A stretch of 64,000 bases of DNA from an uncultured Gammaproteobacteria bacterium (GTDB taxonomy: Bacteria > Pseudomonadota > Gammaproteobacteria > Steroidobacterales > Rariloculaceae), in the NCBI GenBank assembly GCA_964465375.1, contig CAYXIJ010000007.1:2212-66211 (forward strand), written 5' to 3'. Below are positions 9,669 through 17,593 of the stretch, piece after piece. Positions within the stretch are counted from its first letter, which is position 1; the number at the start of each line of letters is the position of its first letter. Position numbers and translations under genes: made by a program. The notes under the pieces are model-generated. The model worked only from the letters and a program-made list of their open reading frames with translations. It did no database searches and was not told where the DNA came from.

Positions 9669-11054
9669 GTGAATATGACTGACATTGCAGAAACCCTTAT
9701 ACATGAACTTGGCCAACAAGCAGTGCTAACTGGTCCAGAGATTAGCGAAAAATATTTTGTCGACTACACGGGTGATAAACCATGCATGCCACTAGCGGTA
9801 ATACGGCCTGCTTCTACAGAGGAAGTCTCCAGAATTCTCAAGCTATGCTCTCAGATGGACCAAAAAGTGGTCGTCCAAGGTGGGCTCAGTGGGCTTGCGG
9901 GTGGCGCAACCCCGCAACATAACGAGATCGCTATTTCACTTGAAAGAATGTCGGGTATTGAAACGATTGATCCTACCTCAATGACCCTGACAGCCCTAGC
10001 AGGTACACCACTTCAGGCTATTCAGGAAGCGGCTGAGGATGCTGGACTCCTTTTTCCGCTAGACCTGGGTGCCCGTGGCTCATGCAACGTCGGTGGCAAC
10101 ATTGCAACTAACGCCGGTGGCAATCAAGTAATCCGTTTTGGCATGATGCGTAATCTGGTCTTGGGCTTAGAGGCGGTGCTGGCAGACGGGACTGTTCTGA
10201 CCTCGATGAATACCATGCTAAAAAATAACGCTGGCTATGACCTCAAGCAGCTCTTTATTGGAACTGAGGGCACGCTGGGGGTCATTACCCGAGCCGTTTT
10301 GCGGCTTTACCCAAAGCTAACCAGCAGATCAACAGCCCTTTGTGCGCTAAATGATTTTTCTAGTGCTATCAAGCTACTCAATCAAGCACGAATCGGTTTG
10401 GGCAGCTCACTCAGCACATTCGAAGCCATGTGGGCATCTTATTATGATTATGTTCTGGATCACATTAAAGCGCTGCGCTCACCCTTCGATGAGCGATACC
10501 CACTCTACGTGCTCGTAGAATCCGAAGGTACCGATACGGAAAGAGATCAGCAACTTTTCGAAGCTACGTTGAACGAGGCACTAGATACTGGAATCATAAA
10601 AGACGCTGTTGTTGCTCAATCCCAGAAAGACACACGCCTTTTCTGGAATATCCGCGATGGTATCGGTGAGGTCACCCAATATTTAATACCTTACGCCACA
10701 TTTGATATTAGTCTACCCATTGGAGAAATGTCAGGGTTTTTAGATCGGGTACATGAATCACTCACAGCTAAATTTACTAACGCCACAAAGCTGGTTTTCG
10801 GTCACATAGGCGACAACAATTTGCATTTGGTTGTTACTACCGGGACTAGTGAAGATGTAAAGAAGATCTTTGATCTGATCTATCGACTAACGGGCGCGCA
10901 CAAAGGGTCAGTATCTGCCGAACACGGCATAGGCACTCAAAAACTCGACTATCTACACTATTCACGAAGTGCTGAAGAAATCGAAGTGATGCAAAGACTG
11001 AAAAACACCCTTGACCCGGGAGGAATTCTAAATCCGGGCCGAGTGTTACCTTAA
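9669..11054 (+). CDS. FAD-linked oxidase (GlcD / D-lactate or D-2-hydroxyacid dehydrogenase family)
   Basis: 461 aa. FAD_binding_4-type VVVQGGLSGLAGGATP and GGNIATNAGG. C-terminal SAEHGIGTQK...LKNTLDPGGILNPG. Start is GTG 9669 or ATG 9675. Confidence 0.85.
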   Translation: MNMTDIAETLIHELGQQAVLTGPEISEKYFVDYTGDKPCMPLAVIRPASTEEVSRILKLCSQMDQKVVVQGGLSGLAGGATPQHNEIAISLERMSGIETIDPTSMTLTALAGTPLQAIQEAAEDAGLLFPLDLGARGSCNVGGNIATNAGGNQVIRFGMMRNLVLGLEAVLADGTVLTSMNTMLKNNAGYDLKQLFIGTEGTLGVITRAVLRLYPKLTSRSTALCALNDFSSAIKLLNQARIGLGSSLSTFEAMWASYYDYVLDHIKALRSPFDERYPLYVLVESEGTDTERDQQLFEATLNEALDTGIIKDAVVAQSQKDTRLFWNIRDGIGEVTQYLIPYATFDISLPIGEMSGFLDRVHESLTAKFTNATKLVFGHIGDNNLHLVVTTGTSEDVKKIFDLIYRLTGAHKGSVSAEHGIGTQKLDYLHYSRSAEEIEVMQRLKNTLDPGGILNPGRVLP

Positions 11055-11176
11055 TTTCGCCAAAGAGCTCATTATCGACACTACGAAAACTAACCATCCT
11101 TACCTCAAGGGAAATCTCCTCTGAGGCGGAGAAAAAGACATGTCACTATCGCCTTTATCGGCGACAACAGATTGTT

Positions 11177-11551
11177 CTAGTTTCTATTCGGATAAAGATT
11201 GTAGAGCTGATCCCCAACCTTGAGGCGCTCGGTTTTCATCTCGAAATTCGTTGCCTCAGCATGACGGTGCCCATACGCCGTAACAGTCTCGCCCACTTCT
11301 ATCTCATCTTGACCAAAACCGGCACGCCGGCTCCGGAAAGGAGTTGAAAGTACCACATTCCACTGCTGACCACCGGCTTCAATCGTAAGCCGATCGTGGG
11401 GAGCCCCAAAATGCTTCTCAACAACAACGCCCTCTAGAGAAAAATCGCTTCCCGTATACCACGACCACCCATGATGAGCAGATGCCAATCCCGAAAGAAC
11501 TAGGAAAAACCCTGGAACTATCAAAAACATAGCTTTTTTAATCAAGTACAT
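11177..11551 (-). CDS. small exported protein, DUF6152-like (family assignment tentative); paralog of 60859-61263
   Basis: Start moved to ATG 11551, which has AAGGGGA upstream. Signal peptide MYLIKKAMFLIVPGFFLVLSGLASA followed by HHGWSWY. About 100-aa mature protein with the same layout as the ORF at 60859-61263. Confidence 0.55.
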   Translation of the reverse strand: MYLIKKAMFLIVPGFFLVLSGLASAHHGWSWYTGSDFSLEGVVVEKHFGAPHDRLTIEAGGQQWNVVLSTPFRSRRAGFGQDEIEVGETVTAYGHRHAEATNFEMKTERLKVGDQLYNLYPNRN

Positions 11552-11693
11552 ACTATCCCCTTCGACTATGCACATGCAGCCTGTAGTCTAGCACCATCAG
11601 TTGGCAAAAATCTGTCATAAGTTTGGTAACACATTGAGTAGGCTGTGGTAGCTATTAGTAATACTTGTAGATTAGAGCCAGATAGCTAGTGTG

Positions 11694-13319
11694 TTAGTCA
11701 TCCCAATCCAGATCTCCGCTTGGTAGTGCCGTCAATAGCCTACCTTCGCGCAACAGGTTTGATATGTCAGAGATATAGTCGCCAAGCGCTTCATCATGAT
11801 CTAGGTATGGAACTAGCTCACGCACCATTTCATAGATGGACCGAGTGACGGAGCTTAGTGCGGCCGCTCCTTCGTCGCGCTGGTCTACCGCCTGACAGGC
11901 ACATATCAATTCAAAAGCTGGAATGTAGTAGGCATTATCAACAATATCCCGGGCACGCCGGGCAGCCACGAGACCCATCGAAACATGATCTTGAAAATCT
12001 CCGGTAGTAGTTAATGTTTGGATCGAGACCGGATGACACAGTGAGCGCATGTCCGCCATAATGGAAGCTGCGCAGTACTGGCCACCCATCAATCCATGAC
12101 GCAATCCTGGATCCTCTTTGCATAAGAATGGAGGTAACCCGTTGTTGTGGTGAGGATCTAGGTATCGATCTATGCGTCGGTCAGATAAATTGCACATATT
12201 TACAACGGCAATAGAAAGATGATCCATGGCCTGACTTACATATTGGCCATGGAAATGAGCATTATGGAATGCATCACCCTCTTCCACAATGACCAGTGGA
12301 TTGTCATTGGTAGAGTTGATCTCTATTTTGAGTGTCTGATCTGCAGACCAGATAGCATCAAGACTTGGACCCAGAATCTGCGGCGTTGCACGCATTGAAT
12401 AGGCATCCTCGATTTGCTGATCCATCCCCTGGGGTTCTCCACTCCTCATACTGGAGAGCCAACGGTCCACCTCTTCATCCTGAACCACCATCTTGCTGTC
12501 AGCCAAGGTTGACCAAATTGCACCCGCGACTTTGATCTGTCCCGGATGAGGCTTATTTTTGTGAACAGTGGGATGGTAAGGCATGATCTTGCCCTTTAGC
12601 GCCTCAAGACTAATGGCAGAAACCAGACAGAATTGTTTCACCAGTCTTTTGGCCCCATAAAGCAATGGCGCAGCTACCCCTACCATCATGGAGGTGCCAT
12701 TAATCATGGCAAGACCCTCCTTGTAGCTTAGACGTGCGGCTTCAAGCCCAGCGCGCTTAAGCGCTTCCTCGCCTGACATAATCTCACCTTGATATTTAGC
12801 CCGCCATGCGCCTGTAGCAACAAGCGCAATGTAGGCCAGTGGCCCTAAATCACCACTTGCCCCTAAGGATCCCTTCTCCGGCACACAGGGAATGATGCCA
12901 GCGTTGTACATATCCACATATTTTTTGAAATTCTCCAGTGAAATCGCCGATATACCGCGGCCCATAGAGTTAATCCGGCATAACATAGCCGCACGTACGT
13001 AGATGTCTTCTAGGTCCGGTCCAACGTTCGAAGAAACACCGCGCAGTATGTTGTTCTGAAGCTTTTCAGCAAGATTTTCTGGGATTAGCCAGTTGACGAA
13101 GCCACCTACTGCAGTAGTCACACCGTAGATAGTGCGACCTGATTTCACAAAGCCGTCCAACAAATCCCTCGATGCTTTAATCCGGACTTCCTGTTCCGGA
13201 AAAATTTTTACCCTCGCATGACTTTTAGCCGCAAGAACCAACTCATCAACGGTCAGAGTTTCCCCATCCAGTTCAATTGTCGGTATATTTGCACCGGTGT
13301 TCTTTTGAGATTTTTTCAC
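11694..13319 (-). CDS. MIO-dependent aromatic/histidine ammonia-lyase or aminomutase family enzyme
   Basis: 541 aa, GTG start with GGAG upstream. GSLGASGDLGPLA contains the Ala-Ser-Gly triad that forms the MIO prosthetic group. Other family blocks: YGVTTAVGGF, NDNPLV, HFHGQYVS, GDFQDHVSMG. Confidence 0.85.
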   Translation of the reverse strand: MKKSQKNTGANIPTIELDGETLTVDELVLAAKSHARVKIFPEQEVRIKASRDLLDGFVKSGRTIYGVTTAVGGFVNWLIPENLAEKLQNNILRGVSSNVGPDLEDIYVRAAMLCRINSMGRGISAISLENFKKYVDMYNAGIIPCVPEKGSLGASGDLGPLAYIALVATGAWRAKYQGEIMSGEEALKRAGLEAARLSYKEGLAMINGTSMMVGVAAPLLYGAKRLVKQFCLVSAISLEALKGKIMPYHPTVHKNKPHPGQIKVAGAIWSTLADSKMVVQDEEVDRWLSSMRSGEPQGMDQQIEDAYSMRATPQILGPSLDAIWSADQTLKIEINSTNDNPLVIVEEGDAFHNAHFHGQYVSQAMDHLSIAVVNMCNLSDRRIDRYLDPHHNNGLPPFLCKEDPGLRHGLMGGQYCAASIMADMRSLCHPVSIQTLTTTGDFQDHVSMGLVAARRARDIVDNAYYIPAFELICACQAVDQRDEGAAALSSVTRSIYEMVRELVPYLDHDEALGDYISDISNLLREGRLLTALPSGDLDWDD

Positions 13320-13434
13320 TCTATTTCTCCAGTATCAAAAATTGGTAGTTGATTGATCGGGATAACGCAGCGGCATTGCTGTGGGCATTCAACATCTACT
13401 GCTGCGGGAACAAATCCCGGTGGCATCGGCTGTT

Positions 13435-14649
13435 TCATCCTGTCGGGCGATTGTCTACAGCTAGGACCAGAGCCATGGCGGAATCGCCAGCCGCACAGCC
13501 CGTAAAAAGTCCGTTTCCGCCACCACGCATAACCAATTCTTCAATTAGTTCAATGACCGACCGCATCGCGGTGGGCGCCTGAGGGTGTCCCCAAATCAAG
13601 GAGCAACCGAAATTGTTGAAATCCTCCACCCGCACACCGGTATCCCGAGCAAAGATGATGTCATTCACTGCAAAAGGGTTGTGAGTTTTAATCACATCTA
13701 TGTCCTCGAATGACAAATTAGCGTGCCGCAGAGCTGCACGGGCCGCATTGGTTGGTGCCTCCGGCATGTATGCGAGTTCCACCCGAGATTGCCCAGCACT
13801 CAAGATGCGGATCTGCACGGTGGAGTCCGCCGACAGCTCTCGGGTCCTGTCCAGACCCGAAACCACGATAGCCGCATTACCGTCTGCCGGATGAGTTTGC
13901 CCACCAAATGTGACTGTACCGCCCTCGACAACAGGCTTAAGCTGCGCAAGACCATCAGCCGTGGACTTAACCACTCCCTGATCGCCGTCAATTTCCTCTG
14001 CCTTTTTTCGGAATCGCGGGTCCGGAACGGCAAACGGTAAGTCCATATATTGCTTCTGAAATGCTTTGTCCTCCGATAAGGCCTCTTGGTATTGTGCATA
14101 ACGCAGTAATACAACCTCATGTTGCTCGGCTGTTGAAATGGAGTGCTTTGCAGCAACATTCTCAGCCGTCTGCAACATCGAATGCTTACCGAGTGGATCA
14201 CAGTTAAAGCTATCCAAGACAACATCCTCGGAGACACCGGTCCCACCGGTTACCGTCTGGGCCGGATAATAGGTGTGTGGACCGTTAGAGCAACGATCAG
14301 CAGTAGCGGCAAGCACAGTTTGGGCTAGGCCACTACTAATTTCCTGAGCGGCCATAAGTACGGCCCGAACACCTGATGCGCAGACTTGTGACACGGTGGG
14401 TCCTGGCGCCTGCGGTGCACCGAGCAAGCCCATAAACCAAGGTGTGCCGTAGAACGATTGATGTTGGTAAATACTGAGCCCGAGTACACCGGCGTCAAAA
14501 AACTTTGGGTCAATGCTGCGGCTAGCGAGCTCACGGCGAGCGACGTAGGCGGCAAACTTAACGGCATGGAGATGCTGCATCGATCCTTGCCAACGCGCAA
14601 ACGGTGTAGACCAGTAACAACCATATGGAATTTCAACCTTTTCGAACAT
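13435..14649 (-). CDS. thiolase family protein (acetyl-CoA C-acyltransferase-like)
   Basis: 404 aa. Nucleophile block VSQVCASGVRAV, a GHP block (LIWGHPQAPTAMRS) and a C-terminal Cys block (FTGCAAGDSAMALVL). The start overlaps the upstream aminotransferase by 17 nt. Confidence 0.8.
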   Translation of the reverse strand: MFEKVEIPYGCYWSTPFARWQGSMQHLHAVKFAAYVARRELASRSIDPKFFDAGVLGLSIYQHQSFYGTPWFMGLLGAPQAPGPTVSQVCASGVRAVLMAAQEISSGLAQTVLAATADRCSNGPHTYYPAQTVTGGTGVSEDVVLDSFNCDPLGKHSMLQTAENVAAKHSISTAEQHEVVLLRYAQYQEALSEDKAFQKQYMDLPFAVPDPRFRKKAEEIDGDQGVVKSTADGLAQLKPVVEGGTVTFGGQTHPADGNAAIVVSGLDRTRELSADSTVQIRILSAGQSRVELAYMPEAPTNAARAALRHANLSFEDIDVIKTHNPFAVNDIIFARDTGVRVEDFNNFGCSLIWGHPQAPTAMRSVIELIEELVMRGGGNGLFTGCAAGDSAMALVLAVDNRPTG

Positions 14650-16009
14650 TGTCGCCCCCCATCTCCATCACTACATCACGCATTGCCATGTCGGCACGTT
14701 CTACAGCCTCCGCGATATCTTTCTCCGTAATAACAGTTGATAAAGCAATCATGCCCCGTGGCGCGATGAATAACCCATGATTCATGCAGGCAATATGAAA
14801 TTTCTCAATCAACTCTCCATCCTCGCGGACGTTAGAAGACCGGGGAGCCGCTTCGCTGAAGTAGAGATTCAAACAGGACCCATGATGGTTTACCGACAAA
14901 GGCAATCCATGCTTGTTCGAAGCACGGATCAACCCCGCCTGTAGTAATCCCCGCAGCTGGTCCATCTGCTCGATACGCTTTACGGTTAGCTCCCGCAAGG
15001 ATACCTCGCCCGCAGCCATTGTTACTGGGTTCCCGTTAAAAGTGCCGGTGTGAAAAATTTTCATGTCATAAGGATTAAAAATTTGTAGCAGTTCTGCGCG
15101 ACCACCCACCGCACCGACAGGGAACCCTCCCCCAATGATCTTGCCCAGCATGGTCAGGTCTGGCTCAATACCAATGGCTCCCTGGCACCCGCCAACTGCG
15201 AATCGCAGGGTGAGCACTTCGTCGAGAACGAATAGTGCACCAACCTTGTGTGCGGCCGCCCTGACTTCGTGGAGAAAATCCGGTTCACCGCGAATGACCC
15301 CGCTAGCACCCAGTACCGGTTCTAGGAACACAGCCGCAATGTCATTTCCGTGTTCGCCCAGCACGGCCGCAAAGTCTGCTGGGTCATTGTAGGTTGCCAG
15401 GTGAGTAAGTGGCCCTTCCTTGCCAAAGAAACCAATTCCGAACTCGAGTGCCGACCCATGGTAGCCCCACCGTGCCATTAACAGTTTGTTTCTACCGGTA
15501 ATGATCCGGGCAATGGTAAATGCGAGTACGCCAGCTTCGGACCCTGAATTCGTAAAGCGGACCTGCTCAATGGCAGGCACCCGATCGATGATCAGCTCAG
15601 CAAGGCGGTTCTGAGGTTCGTTAGCGGCAGCCCACCCGGTACCGTCGCTGATTTGTCTGCGCGCTGCCTCTACGATGGGAGGATATGCGTGTCCATGGAC
15701 CATTGCCGTGTAATTATTGATCAGATCAAGATATTCATGACCATCGAGATCCCAAAAGCGAGGGCCCGTGCCACGCTTGATCGTGAGGGGGTAGGGTTCC
15801 CAGTAGGATGCCTGCCGCGACGTTCCACTCGGCATCAGATTAGTTGCCTTTTTGTATAAGTCAGCACTTGACCGGGTGCGCTCGAAATACGCTGCGCGAA
15901 TCGCAGACATAAAGCCAGTTCCTCTACCAGTTATAGGCGCATCCCCTTGTGGCGACGCCTGAAGAAGCTCTCCGCTCGCGGACATGGCCACAGCTGATTT
16001 AATGAGCAC
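14633..16009 (-). CDS. class-III (fold type I) aminotransferase, glutamate-1-semialdehyde aminomutase-like subfamily
   Basis: 458 aa. FWDLDGHEYLDLINNYTAMVHGH, FTNSGSEAG, FVLDEV and the PLP-lysine block MLGKIIGGGFPVGAVGG. Confidence 0.85.
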   Translation of the reverse strand: MLIKSAVAMSASGELLQASPQGDAPITGRGTGFMSAIRAAYFERTRSSADLYKKATNLMPSGTSRQASYWEPYPLTIKRGTGPRFWDLDGHEYLDLINNYTAMVHGHAYPPIVEAARRQISDGTGWAAANEPQNRLAELIIDRVPAIEQVRFTNSGSEAGVLAFTIARIITGRNKLLMARWGYHGSALEFGIGFFGKEGPLTHLATYNDPADFAAVLGEHGNDIAAVFLEPVLGASGVIRGEPDFLHEVRAAAHKVGALFVLDEVLTLRFAVGGCQGAIGIEPDLTMLGKIIGGGFPVGAVGGRAELLQIFNPYDMKIFHTGTFNGNPVTMAAGEVSLRELTVKRIEQMDQLRGLLQAGLIRASNKHGLPLSVNHHGSCLNLYFSEAAPRSSNVREDGELIEKFHIACMNHGLFIAPRGMIALSTVITEKDIAEAVERADMAMRDVVMEMGGDNVRKG

Positions 16010-16043
16010 TTACAAACAATATATCACTACAAAGATAAATATG

Positions 16044-16081
16044 TTGATATTCTTATTTTAATAGTCCATTATTTTGATATT
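16044..16081. promoter_or_regulatory. two copies of TTGATATT spaced 30 bp apart in the AT-rich divergent promoter; candidate Lrp/AsnC operator
   Basis: TTGATATT occurs at 16044-16051 and again at 16074-16081. Their contexts are similar (ATGTTGATATTCTTATTTT and ATTTTGATATTTTATTGCT). They lie between the aminotransferase start (16009) and the regulator start (16116). Confidence 0.3.
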
Positions 16082-16115
16082 TTATTGCTTATTTATAAAT
16101 CTTTTTGAAATTATA

Positions 16116-16574
16116 ATGCTAAATAATCTGGATAACACCGATCGTAAAATTCTGGTAAAGCTTCAAAAAGAAGGAAGGCTGCCCATCGTAGACCTAGCGC
16201 AGCAAGTCGGTCTGTCACCTTCGCCTTGCCTCAGACGGGTAAGACGACTGGAACAACAGGGTGTGATCAAAGGCTACGGCGCATACATTGATCACCATAA
16301 AGTAGACATGGATATCGTTGGTTATATCGAAGTCAACCTAGATCAAGCAGACGCAGAAGGTTTCCATGAGGCAGTACTGAAAGAACCTGCAATCGTTGAA
16401 TGCTACGCGCTATCAGGTAGCTTTGACTGTCTTCTTAAGGTGGCGGTTTCGGATCTTGAGGCGTTTGGGAAACTAACAATGCAGGAAATTCTAAGATACC
16501 CCGGAGTGAAGAGTATTACTTCAAGTTTGATCCTGCGGTCTTTAAAAGAGCAAGTTGGATTCCCGATCCCTTAG
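16116..16574 (+). CDS. Lrp/AsnC family transcriptional regulator
   Basis: Start moved to ATG 16116 (MLNNLDNTDRKILVKLQKEGRLPIVDLAQQVGLSPSPCLRRVRRLEQQGVIKGY). An HTH domain is followed by a RAM/AsnC-type ligand domain. It is divergent from the aminotransferase operon. Confidence 0.85.
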   Translation: MLNNLDNTDRKILVKLQKEGRLPIVDLAQQVGLSPSPCLRRVRRLEQQGVIKGYGAYIDHHKVDMDIVGYIEVNLDQADAEGFHEAVLKEPAIVECYALSGSFDCLLKVAVSDLEAFGKLTMQEILRYPGVKSITSSLILRSLKEQVGFPIP

Positions 16575-16656
16575 GCTCGCCAGACTTATCGTGAATTCTA
16601 TTTAAGAATGCCGCTCGATCTTTCTGGGATGGTAGTTACTAAAAAAGAAAGTATCC

Positions 16657-17508
16657 CTAGAAACAACCCGCCTGATAATCGGCAAATGCCTGACGAATTT
16701 CCTCCTCAGTATTCATCACGAAAGGCCCGTACCTCGCAACCGGCTCATTGCAAGGCCTCCCAGCTACCAAAATTATTCGGGCTCCAGTAGAGCCACCACT
16801 GAGATCAATATGTGAGCCGGAACCGAGGACAGCTAACTGGTTTTGCTTCGCCCTGGGAGATTTCAATCCCAGCTGGATGGAGCCTTCGTAAACGTATATG
16901 AAAGCGTTGTATTTTATTGGTAATGGAATCAGTACTGATTTGGCAGCCTCAAGCGTCAGGTCAAGAAAAATAGGATCGGTACTGATACCCTGGACGGGAC
17001 CTGTAGCTCCACTAAATTCACCAGCTACGACACGTGCACGCACTCCTGGTTCTGGAACGACTTCAGGTATTTCTTGGGCTGGAATATCCTGATAGCGAGG
17101 CTCAGTTAATTTCTTGCTAGCCGGAAGGTTCACCCAGAGCTGGAACCCCCACATTAATCCGTTCTCCTGTTCGGGCAACTCTGAATGTACAATACCGCGC
17201 CCTGCTGTCATCCACTGCACACTACCCGGACCCAAGAGACCGCTGTTGCCCTTATTATCTGCATGCCTCATGCGACCGGCCAACATGTAAGTTACCGTTT
17301 CAAAACCACGGTGCGGGTGGTCAGGAAAACCCGCAATATAATCATTAGGGTCGTCAGATCTAATTTCATCCAGAAGAAGAAACGGATCTAGATAGGATAG
17401 CTCACTGGTTCCCAACAACCGAGTTAAATGAACCCCAGCACCGTCACTGGTCGCGTGACCATTAACAACCTTTACTATTTGCCGACCGTTTACATTATCT
17501 GATGTCAT
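16657..17508 (-). CDS. pirin family protein
   Basis: 283 aa. Bicupin with HPHRGFETVTYML and GSVQWMTAGRGIVHSE. Confidence 0.85.
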   Translation of the reverse strand: MTSDNVNGRQIVKVVNGHATSDGAGVHLTRLLGTSELSYLDPFLLLDEIRSDDPNDYIAGFPDHPHRGFETVTYMLAGRMRHADNKGNSGLLGPGSVQWMTAGRGIVHSELPEQENGLMWGFQLWVNLPASKKLTEPRYQDIPAQEIPEVVPEPGVRARVVAGEFSGATGPVQGISTDPIFLDLTLEAAKSVLIPLPIKYNAFIYVYEGSIQLGLKSPRAKQNQLAVLGSGSHIDLSGGSTGARIILVAGRPCNEPVARYGPFVMNTEEEIRQAFADYQAGCF

Positions 17509-17593
17509 TACAATTTTTGGTTGAAGACTCGATAGCTGCCCAAGATAATTACAAAATAGACCGGCCTAACTATAGAAATATCCGCATCAGGGA

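Noticed and set aside
9492-9719. 75-aa minus-strand ORF immediately upstream of the TRAP permease.
   Set aside because: It overlaps the start of the FAD-oxidase gene on the other strand. It has no recognisable motif or start context. It is not a TAXI receptor.
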